A DNA stretch of 57,294 nt from an uncultured Candidatus Cloacimonadota bacterium (GTDB taxonomy: Bacteria; Cloacimonadota; Cloacimonadia; Cloacimonadales; Cloacimonadaceae), in the NCBI GenBank assembly GCA_964463825.1, contig CAYXEF010000005.1, forward strand, positions 1 through 57,294. The letters are read 5' to 3'. The position numbers were made by a program, and so were the translations under genes. The notes under the pieces were generated by a model, which was not told the origin of the DNA, did no database searches, and worked only from the letters and a program-made list of their open reading frames with translations. This document shows positions 36,501 through 43,708 of the stretch, in pieces (position 1 is the stretch's first letter; each line of letters begins with the position of its first letter).

Positions 36501-37822
36501 ACGACAGGCTCGGTCACTTCGCCGCTCACGGCTTTATCCACTTGCGCCGCGCCGCTGCTGTTGTGGGTGATGTTGCCGGAATATGAGCCGGCTGTGGTCC
36601 CGGTCAGGCGCACATAAATGAGGCCATTGAAATTGCTGGCTACGGCAAGGGTTCCGGCGTAGGTGGCATCGTCAGTTGAGAGTTCAAATCCCGCGGGTGC
36701 CACCAGATCGATGCCGGCGGTCAGAAACTCCCCATAGAGGGTGTAGCTCTGAGCTGCGGAAGGAGTTCCCACTTCGGTCATAAAGGCGTTCAGCGTACCG
36801 GTGGCATGGATCAGAGGGACGGGATCGGTGACCGTGCCGCTCACGGCTTTATCCACTTGTGTCGCGCCGGCGCTGGTGTGGGTGATGTTGCCGGAATAGG
36901 GTCCAGCAGTGCCGGAATTCAAACGCACATAGACTGGTCCGTCGTAGTCGGAAGCCAGAGTCTGCGCGCTGGCGTGGAAAGTGGCGTCATCGGTGGAGAT
37001 CTCGAATCCCGCCGGCGGCGTGACCATAATACCTTCGCTCAGGTTGCTGCCTGTAAGGGTGTAACTCTGCGAGGCTGAGGGAATGCCGGTGTAGGCGCTG
37101 AAAGCGGTCAGAGCGCCGAGGGCAAGGATCGTGGGGGTGCCCGCGGCCTGGACGGTGACGCTATAGGTCGGCATGGTCAGGGGACCTACATTTTCCTTGT
37201 AATACAGGGAACTGTCAGTAAACAAAGCCAGCAGCGCGGCTTTGGTGCCGGCGACCGAAACCGAAGTCTGAGCGTCTGGTCCGTTGGCGAAATAAGCGTT
37301 GTCAATCTCTGTCGTTGAGGTGGTCATGGCGACTGACGCTCCGGCAAGGGCGGTGGGAATGTCAGAAGTGTTGGCTGTATTTGCCCAAGCCCAGCTCTCC
37401 AAAGAGAAGCCGTATAGCCAGATGCTGTCGGTGTTGGAGGTTGGCGCTGTGGTACCCTGATAGGCCAGGACCTGATCGCCGGAAGTGGAAAGGTTGAAAC
37501 CTGAACTTGTGGTTACCGACCCGACACTGGCCTCGTAGGTTGTGCCCAAGGTCAGGACAACCACCGTTCCCTGCGTGGTGACGGCGGTGTTGGACCATTC
37601 AATAGTGCCTTCTCCAGAGCGCCAGACTTGGTTGGTGGCGTCCCAGGCATTGTCCGTGAAGGATATCACCGTTTCGGCGGGAATATCTTCCAAGGCCACA
37701 AATACCATGCTCTTGGTGGCATCGGCATTGACTCCGAGGATAGCGATGTCGCCCGCGGTCAGGCCGAGGGCGTAACTCGCCGCCAGAGCCACAGCCAAGA
37801 TTAAAAGCAGTTTTTTCAGCAT
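33545..37822 (-). CDS. 1425-aa secreted surface protein: repeated ~105-aa Ig-like modules, lamin-tail domain, chitobiase/Fn3-associated domain, OB-fold-like domain, Fn3-like C-terminal tail
   Basis: AAGGAG RBS and signal peptide. LFFSEYLEGLSNNKALEIFNGTG...FNGDDA...TLVRK (lamin tail), IYYTTDGSIP, four ...QSY(T/Q)L...(I/V)YVR(L/M)...G.I.H... repeats. Confidence 0.85.
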   Translation of the reverse strand: MLKKLLLILAVALAASYALGLTAGDIAILGVNADATKSMVFVALEDIPAETVISFTDNAWDATNQVWRSGEGTIEWSNTAVTTQGTVVVLTLGTTYEASVGSVTTSSGFNLSTSGDQVLAYQGTTAPTSNTDSIWLYGFSLESWAWANTANTSDIPTALAGASVAMTTSTTEIDNAYFANGPDAQTSVSVAGTKAALLALFTDSSLYYKENVGPLTMPTYSVTVQAAGTPTILALGALTAFSAYTGIPSASQSYTLTGSNLSEGIMVTPPAGFEISTDDATFHASAQTLASDYDGPVYVRLNSGTAGPYSGNITHTSAGATQVDKAVSGTVTDPVPLIHATGTLNAFMTEVGTPSAAQSYTLYGEFLTAGIDLVAPAGFELSTDDATYAGTLAVASNFNGLIYVRLTGTTAGSYSGNITHNSSGAAQVDKAVSGEVTEPVVPTLFMEENFAYEVGTTLVSNGWSPHSPGVSTPLVDVTNLSYTNYPPNLGGSARTTGVTGEDVSKGFSQQTSGVVYCGFLMNITNLPNTTQDYNLHLGDAGVLSGGTTFRGRLYVQRDASNAIRFGISKGSTSTAVIQFTPYSYAYDTTYMMVMKYSIVPGTANDEVYLWINPTDTETEPTPTLSIGTTDTTSDPSNIGSVAIRQSANTPAAYYDGIRIANDWAKLWAPAATPVIVTTGVPDPVYNISGNPSEEISSYQLSGTDLMGPISLVAPEHFEISTTGTEGWAGNLQVPYDYDGSIYVRLNTSSVGEHSGDITHNSPGAEEVLVRAEGETFPPDVEWNIAASLTPFSQVAGTPSDPQSYTLSATNATGNILVSVAAPFELGTAETGPWSASLDLAYNFNGLIYVRMNAPDAGDYNGTIVHATANATNFELAVSGTATPPAGNYAVDLFFSEYLEGLSNNKALEIFNGTGSPVDLGAYKVYLYSNGSPTPGNTLTFTPGTMLAHNDVYVIANSSANASILAVADVTSTVTYFNGDDALALIKVVDENDTFVDIFGVIDQDPGTQWTADGGYSTLDKTLVRKPTVTGGVTVNPTNNGDGITTDFVTLGTEWDVYPVDTVSYLGAHTFTPGAQVAEAPVLDPAGGIYSSTVNVTMSSTTPGATIYYTTDGSIPSDTNGFNYSVTGPVAVSGTTTVKAITYAPGFTPSSVTTETYIFPTPVPDIATLRAQATGTTMYRLTGEAVLTFQQVTRHQKYIQDATAAIVIDDPAGIITTTYNLYDGITGITGTLGQYQNLLQFTPVADPGAATSIGNVIVPELRTFASLTTSDQAKLIKVLNVTLDTTTGNFGSAAENILATDPTATLTMRTFPATDYSGTPIPADPINLTCLVGQYQTSMQVSPRFLADFEALGTLERPVVTVTVDENGNIVLSWNAVPGATSYRIVYHADNPFAPDNEWTTLGTTDQTSFQWPSGLRGWFRVYAQN

Positions 37823-38142
37823 GTGTTCTCCTTACTTAGATCTTTTATACTTATTGGCTTCCCGTTCTCTCTCCGGGAGCCGTGATTCATTTGCTCAGGA
37901 AGACAGCGCGGCTCGCGCAGGCGCATGGCTTCCTATCTAACAATATAAGCGAAAAATGCCAAGCTCAAAACCACTCACACTTCGCCGTCAAGACCAAAAT
38001 CCCGGGACGGTCCATATCCGTCAATTACTTTCTGGTTAAACCTTCTTTACCGTCTTCCAGCCTCATTGGCACAAGCCGATTGCCCGCGCCCGCAGCCCGA
38101 TTATATTATCAGGCAAAGACAAACAATGACAAAGGAATCGAC

Positions 38143-40254
38143 ATGACAGCATCCGAAAACCCCCTCTTGAGGCAGAAAAACGAGCATCGTTTGAAAGCCA
38201 TTCCCTTTGACGAGATCAAAACATCACATTTTCTCCCCGCCATCGAGTCAGCCCTGAAACTGGCCCGGGAAGAGATCGAAACCATCAAAGCAAACCCCGC
38301 CGAACCAGACTTTGGCAACACCATCCTGGCCCTGGAACTGAACGGCGAACAACTGGACTACGTGGCCAGCATCTACTTCAACCTGCTCTCCGCGGAGTCC
38401 GACGCCGAGTTTAAAGCCCTGGCGCAGCAGATCTCGCCGCTTCTGGCGGAATTCAACAGCCAGGTGTCAACCGATCCCGTGCTTTTTGCCCGCGTGAAGA
38501 AGGTCTGGGAGCAGGAGGTGGCCGGACAGCCCAAGCCCGGGGTGCCGGAGGATTATCTGGACAAGAAATACCTGATGAAGGCTGAGCGTTACCGCCTGGT
38601 GGACCGCATGTACAAAGGCTTCATCCGCGGGGGCGCCATGCTCGGGCCCGAAGACAAGGCCAAACTCACAGAGATCAGCATGGAGGCCTCCAAACTCAGC
38701 CCCAAATTCAGCGACAACGTCCTGGCCGCCACCAACGCCTGGGAACTGTATGTGACTGATCCCGCAGATGTGGAGGGCATCCCGGCCGGCATCCTGGGCC
38801 AGGCCGCGCATCTGGCCAAAATCAAGGGTCGCGACGGTGGCTGGCTCTTCAATCTCCAGCCCTCCAGCATGGTACCCTTCCTCACCTACTGCAGAAACCG
38901 CGAGCTGCGCAAGCAGATCCAAATGGCCTATGCCTCCCGTGCCTTCAATGACCAGTTTGACAACCAGGCCAGCATCCGCCGCATCCTCGAACTCCGCGAA
39001 CAGCGCGCCAAACTGCTCGGCTACAAGAATCACGCCGAGTATGTTCTGGAGGACCGCATGGCAGAATCCCTGCCCACGGCCCTGGAGTTTCTGGAGAAGA
39101 TTTACGCCGTGGCCTATCCCACAGCGCAGAACGAGGTACAGGAAGTGCTGGATTTCGCCCGCCAGACCGACGGCATCGAGGATTTCCAGCCTTGGGACAT
39201 GAGCTACTACTCAAACAAACTCAAAGAACAACGCTACGCCTACGATCCTGAGGAATTGCGCCCCTGGTTCAAGGTGGAGAACGTCCTGGAGGGGCTGTTC
39301 ATCATCGCCCGCCAGATCTACGGCATCGAGGTCAAACAGGTGCACGACGTCCCGGTTTACCACCCCGATGTCACCACCTGGGAGGTTTACGACCGCCATG
39401 GCAGTTTCCTCGGCCTGATGTATCTGGATTTATTCCCGCGCGAGACCAAGCGCGGCGGCGCCTGGAAGACCTCCTTCCAAGGCCAGGGCCTCTTTTCCGA
39501 CGGCATGCGCCGCCCGCAAGTGGCGATCGTGGCCTCGCTGACCCCCTCCACCCCGGAGCAGCCATCATTGCTGCGCCTGGACGAAGTGCGCACCATCTTC
39601 CACGAGTTCGGCCACGCGTTGCACTCGCTTCTGGCGGACGGTTATTACAAAGGCCTTTCCGGCACCAGCGTGCTTTGGGACTTCGTGGAACTACCCAGTC
39701 AGATCATGGAAAACTGGTTGCTGGAGGAAGAAGCCCTGAATCTCTTCGCCCGCCACTACCAGACCGGCGCCACCCTGCCCAAGGAACTGCTGGACAAGGT
39801 GATCGCGGCCCGCAACTTCCAATCCGGCCTGGCCAATCTCAACCAACTGCGTTACGCCATGCTGGATTTTGCCTGGCATATCGTGCCCGCCTCCGAGATC
39901 GACGACATCGACGCCTTCGAAAAGCGCGCCGTGGAGCGCTTCCGCGTCCTGCCCGCCATCCCCGGTGCCAATATCTCCTGCTCCTTCGCCCACATCTTCG
40001 CCGGAGGCTACTCCGCCGGCTATTACTCCTACAAATGGGCCGAAGCGCTTGAAGCCGATGCCTGGAGCCTTTTTACAGAGAAAGGCATCTTCAATCCGGA
40101 AGTGGCGGAATCCTTCCGCAAGAACATCCTCGCCCGCGGCAACGCCTTCCATCCCATGGATCTCTTTGTCGCCTTCCGCGGCCGCAAACCCGATCCCGAT
40201 GCCCTGCTGCGCCGCGATGGACTAATGGCAACTGCAAGCGGATCAAATGCTTAA
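38143..40254 (+). CDS. M3A family metallopeptidase (peptidyl-dipeptidase Dcp/oligopeptidase A-like)
   Basis: NPLL, KRGGAW, FHEFGHALH, WDFVELPSQIMENW, FAHIFAGGYSAGYYSYKWAE, FRGRKP. ATG 38143 follows AAGGA. Confidence 0.92.
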   Translation: MTASENPLLRQKNEHRLKAIPFDEIKTSHFLPAIESALKLAREEIETIKANPAEPDFGNTILALELNGEQLDYVASIYFNLLSAESDAEFKALAQQISPLLAEFNSQVSTDPVLFARVKKVWEQEVAGQPKPGVPEDYLDKKYLMKAERYRLVDRMYKGFIRGGAMLGPEDKAKLTEISMEASKLSPKFSDNVLAATNAWELYVTDPADVEGIPAGILGQAAHLAKIKGRDGGWLFNLQPSSMVPFLTYCRNRELRKQIQMAYASRAFNDQFDNQASIRRILELREQRAKLLGYKNHAEYVLEDRMAESLPTALEFLEKIYAVAYPTAQNEVQEVLDFARQTDGIEDFQPWDMSYYSNKLKEQRYAYDPEELRPWFKVENVLEGLFIIARQIYGIEVKQVHDVPVYHPDVTTWEVYDRHGSFLGLMYLDLFPRETKRGGAWKTSFQGQGLFSDGMRRPQVAIVASLTPSTPEQPSLLRLDEVRTIFHEFGHALHSLLADGYYKGLSGTSVLWDFVELPSQIMENWLLEEEALNLFARHYQTGATLPKELLDKVIAARNFQSGLANLNQLRYAMLDFAWHIVPASEIDDIDAFEKRAVERFRVLPAIPGANISCSFAHIFAGGYSAGYYSYKWAEALEADAWSLFTEKGIFNPEVAESFRKNILARGNAFHPMDLFVAFRGRKPDPDALLRRDGLMATASGSNA

Positions 40255-40350
40255 GGATTATCGTCAATTGACTTGACACCCTGTGTGCGCCGAGTTAACA
40301 ACGGCACCGAAATGTAAGCATAATAGACTATACGCCCATACCCATGATCA

Positions 40351-40377
40351 AGGCCGGCCTCCGTGACCGGCCTTTTT
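40351..40377 (+). terminator. Rho-independent terminator
   Basis: AGGCCGG-loop-CCGGCCT followed by TTTT. Confidence 0.75.
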
Positions 40378-40432
40378 CCCATCCGGTGTTTCCCGGCCGC
40401 TTCCAGCTGGCAACTGGCCGATCCACAACCAT

Positions 40433-40497
40433 TCGACTTCCCGTCGACTTCCCGCCCGATGGAGGGGAACTCGAAGCGAAGCAGACGGGAAGCAGAT
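40433..40497. repeat. Degenerate palindrome with 11-bp periodicity
   Basis: TCGACTTCCCG tandem at 40433 and 40444; GGGAAC/GCGAAG/GGGAAG at 40465/40476/40487. Confidence 0.65.
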
Positions 40498-40552
40498 TGC
40501 CAAGGCGCCGGAGGGAAGCAAGGAAGAAGCAAAGCCGGTTTGTGCGGCTGGG

Positions 40553-40583
40553 AAAAAAACAAGCCGGAGTCGAAACTCCGGCT
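40553..40583 (-). terminator. Rho-independent terminator of the pil operon
   Basis: AGCCGGAGT-CGAA-ACTCCGGCT stem (UUCG loop on the minus strand) with an A-run on +. Confidence 0.85.
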
Positions 40584-40607
40584 GAACGGGATGTAATACG
40601 GAGCTTG

Positions 40608-41861
40608 CTAACGGATGCCCTGGCTCATGGCTTCGCCGAGGCTGAAGATCGGCAGGTAGATCACGATGATGATGCTGCCCACCACCGCTGCCATGATCAC
40701 GATCAGGAGCGGTTCGATCAGCGAAGTCAGACGGTCGACCACGGCATCCACCTGTTTCTCGTAGAATTGGGCGGCTTTGCCCAGCAGTTTGTCCATATCG
40801 CCGGTTTCTTCGCCGGTGGCCAGCATTTGCAGCAGCGTGGAGGGGAACAAACCGGTGCGGCGGAAAGCGTTGGCGACCCCGTAACCTTCTTTGACCATCA
40901 CGCGGGCGCGGCGCACGCCTCCTTCCACGACGGCGTTCTGCACCACATTCTCGGTCAGTTCCATGGTATCCATGATCGGCACGCCGGCAGCCATAAGAAT
41001 GGAAAAGGTGCGTGCGAACTTGCTCATAATGGAATTGGAGATCACCTTGCCGACCACGGGGATCTTGAGTTTGATGGTGTCCATGATGTAGCGGCCGCGA
41101 TCGGTGAGATAGACCAGGAAGAAAGTGACGATCACCGCCAGAATGATGAGGATGGCTAGAAAGACGTTCTGGGTGATGAAATCGCTGATGGCAATGGCGA
41201 TCCTCGTCGGCAGCGGCAGTTCTGCGTTGAAGTCCTCATAGACACTGGCAAAGAGGGGGATGATGTAGTAGAATAGCACCCACACCACAATGGCCAGAAA
41301 GATCAGAATGAAGACCGGATAAGCCATGGCGGAGAGCACTTTGCGGCGGGTATCCTCGATCTTTTCCAGATAGTCGGACAGTTCGTCCAGCACTGTATGG
41401 AGGGTACCGGAAACCTCACCGGCCTTGACCAAAGCGACATAGAGCGGGTTGAACACACCGGGATGCTGTTCCATCGCTTCGGAGAGCGAGTAACCCTTGC
41501 GGATGTCGTCAGCCAGGCGGCGCAGGACTTTGGAGAACTTTTTGTGTTTCTCCTCCTTTTCCAAGTCCGTGATGGCCTTTTCAATGGTGAGACCGGCTGA
41601 GAACATGGTGGAAAGCTGGCGGGTGAAAAAGACCAGGGTCTTGAGCGAGACGCCGGTGCGGATCTTGTAGATCGTGAGCATGATCTTGTCGAAGAGCGAG
41701 AGTTTGCCTTTAAAAGCGCCCTCTGCCGCCGCTTTGACGGAGATGATCGTGCTGCCTTCCTTGGCCAGTTTGTCCACGGCCATGTCCAGGGTGTCGGCTT
41801 TGAGTATGCCTTCCACCCGGGCGCCTTTGGCATCCTTGACGATGTATGCGAAATTGGGCAT
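40608..41861 (-). CDS. pilC: Type IV pilus platform protein PilC (GspF family)
   Basis: FTRQLSTMFSAG, AGEVSG.L, AMAYP, LPLPT, GEETG, IEPLLI, YLPIF. Confidence 0.92.
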   Translation of the reverse strand: MPNFAYIVKDAKGARVEGILKADTLDMAVDKLAKEGSTIISVKAAAEGAFKGKLSLFDKIMLTIYKIRTGVSLKTLVFFTRQLSTMFSAGLTIEKAITDLEKEEKHKKFSKVLRRLADDIRKGYSLSEAMEQHPGVFNPLYVALVKAGEVSGTLHTVLDELSDYLEKIEDTRRKVLSAMAYPVFILIFLAIVVWVLFYYIIPLFASVYEDFNAELPLPTRIAIAISDFITQNVFLAILIILAVIVTFFLVYLTDRGRYIMDTIKLKIPVVGKVISNSIMSKFARTFSILMAAGVPIMDTMELTENVVQNAVVEGGVRRARVMVKEGYGVANAFRRTGLFPSTLLQMLATGEETGDMDKLLGKAAQFYEKQVDAVVDRLTSLIEPLLIVIMAAVVGSIIIVIYLPIFSLGEAMSQGIR

Positions 41862-41886
41862 AGTGGAACCTTCCCTTTGCTCGGAT

Positions 41887-43596
41887 TTATTCCACGATGG
41901 TCATCTTGATGACTTCGCGGATGGTGGTGACGCCGGCCTTCATTTTGGTCATGGCGGCATCGTGCAGGGTGCGCATACCGGCGCGGAGCGCGGCTTCGCG
42001 GATGAGATCCTGGTTGCCGCCTTCATAGATCAGGCGGCGGATCTCCGGGTTCACCGTCAGCAGTTCGAAGATGCCGGTACGTCCGGAGAAGCCGGTGTTG
42101 TCGCAGTGAACGCAGCCGCGTCCCATTTTGAACTCGATCTGGGCTGCCTGTTCCGGGGTCAGGCCGCAATCGCTGAGCTCCTGCTCAGATGGTTTGTACT
42201 CTCTGACGCAGTAGGGGCAAATCTTGCGCACCAAACGCTGGGCCATGACCAGGCTGAGCGAGGAACCCACCAAATACGGCTTGATGCCGATATCGATCAT
42301 ACGGGTGATGGTGCTGGGAGCGTCATTGGCATGGAGCGTGGTGAAAACAAGGTGGCCGGTGAGCGAAAACTTGATGGCGATGTCGGCGGTCTCTTCATCG
42401 CGGATCTCGCCGATGAGCACGATATCCGGGTCCTGGCGCAGAACAGAACGCAAGGCGGTGCCGAAAGTGAGGCCGATCTGTTCTTTGGTCTCGATCTGGG
42501 TGATGCCTTCCAGGCGGTATTCCACAGGATCTTCGACCGTGATGATGTTGGACTCGATGTCCTGGATCTCTTTGAGGGCGGCGTGCAGCGAAGTGGATTT
42601 TCCGCTTCCGGTTGGTCCCGAGACGATGATGATGCCATAGGGACGGCGGATGATCTTGGCAAAGATGTCCATGTCCGCCTGCTCGAAGCCCAGGGTGGTG
42701 AGTTTGAAACCGAACTCGCCCTTGTCCAACAGACGCATCACGACTTTTTCGCCCAGTACGGTGGGGGTGATCGAAACACGCACGTCCACGCTTTTGAGTG
42801 AGGTTTTCAAAGAAATGTGGCCGTCCTGGGGCAGGCGGCGTTCGGCAATATTGAGTTTGGACATCACTTTAACCAGCGAAACGACGCCGGGATGCATACC
42901 GATCGGAGGGGTCATAACTTCGCGCAGAGCGCCGTCCACGCGGTAGCGGACGCGGGTGTTCTTGGTCAGGGGTTCGATATGGATGTCGGTGGAGTTGGCT
43001 TTGATGGCTTCGTTTATTATCAGGTTCAGCAGCTTGACGATGGGGGCGTCGGCGTCTGAGGAAGCGGAGGCTATGGTGATCTCGTTTTCGTCCTCATCCA
43101 CGGCCACAAAGTCAAAGCCGCCGACAGCATCCTCCACCTGTGTGGTGGTGCGGATGCTCTTATAGTGCTTTTCAATGGTGTCGCGCAGCACGGTGTCGCC
43201 GATCAATTCCGGCTTGATCTGCTTGCCCAGCAGCTTCTTGAGGCTGTCCAGAACCGTCAGATCCTCGGGATCGGCCAGAGCGACCACGATGCCGTCGCCT
43301 TCCTCGCGCAGGGCGATGACCCGGTTTTGCACCGCGTAGGGCTCGGGTATCAGGGCCACGATGTTCAGATCCAGGTCCATCAGTTCGTTGTCCTGCACGA
43401 TGTCGTAGCCCAGTTGCATATTGAGAGCCGTAAGCAGTTGTTTCTCGGTGAGGTAGTTGAGTTTGATCAGGGTCTCACCGATCTTGAGTCCGAAATTGCT
43501 TTGTTTGATCAGGGCTTCCTTGACCTGGTCGTCGGTGACATAGCCCTCGTGGACGAGCACTTCGCCCAAACGGGCAAACTGGGGGTTAAAACTCAT
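41887..43596 (-). CDS. pilB: Type IV pilus extension ATPase PilB with N-terminal MshEN domain
   Basis: DIHIEP, IAERRLPQDG, GPTGSGKST, TVEDPVEY, LRQDPD, GEIRD, CPYC..GCVHC; N-terminal RLGEVL..EG motif. Confidence 0.92.
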   Translation of the reverse strand: MSFNPQFARLGEVLVHEGYVTDDQVKEALIKQSNFGLKIGETLIKLNYLTEKQLLTALNMQLGYDIVQDNELMDLDLNIVALIPEPYAVQNRVIALREEGDGIVVALADPEDLTVLDSLKKLLGKQIKPELIGDTVLRDTIEKHYKSIRTTTQVEDAVGGFDFVAVDEDENEITIASASSDADAPIVKLLNLIINEAIKANSTDIHIEPLTKNTRVRYRVDGALREVMTPPIGMHPGVVSLVKVMSKLNIAERRLPQDGHISLKTSLKSVDVRVSITPTVLGEKVVMRLLDKGEFGFKLTTLGFEQADMDIFAKIIRRPYGIIIVSGPTGSGKSTSLHAALKEIQDIESNIITVEDPVEYRLEGITQIETKEQIGLTFGTALRSVLRQDPDIVLIGEIRDEETADIAIKFSLTGHLVFTTLHANDAPSTITRMIDIGIKPYLVGSSLSLVMAQRLVRKICPYCVREYKPSEQELSDCGLTPEQAAQIEFKMGRGCVHCDNTGFSGRTGIFELLTVNPEIRRLIYEGGNQDLIREAALRAGMRTLHDAAMTKMKAGVTTIREVIKMTIVE

Positions 43597-43660
43597 TATC
43601 TGATCTTCCTTTAATCCTGAAAACTAGTGAGGACGGGCGTAGACGATCCTCAGTCAGAGC

Positions 43661-43693
43661 GCGCAGGGATGGGATTCGTGACCATCCCTGCGC
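43661..43693. other. Intra-operon stem-loop without a U-tract
   Basis: GCGCAGGGATGG...CCATCCCTGCGC, a perfect 12-bp stem between the Ig-lipoprotein gene and pilB. Confidence 0.6.
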
Positions 43694-43708
43694 ATCTGAT
43701 GTTATGAT

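Noticed and set aside
37845-37940. Riboswitch in the structured leader of the lamin-tail gene
   Set aside because: Two hairpins are possible (AGGAAG/CTTCCT and GGCTCCCG/CGGGAAGCC), but I recognise no conserved aptamer motif; an Rfam/Infernal search would be needed.
37944-37966. Sigma-54 promoter for the lamin-tail gene (TTGGCATTTTTCGCTT on the minus strand)
   Set aside because: GG-to-GC spacing is 8 nt, not the required 10.
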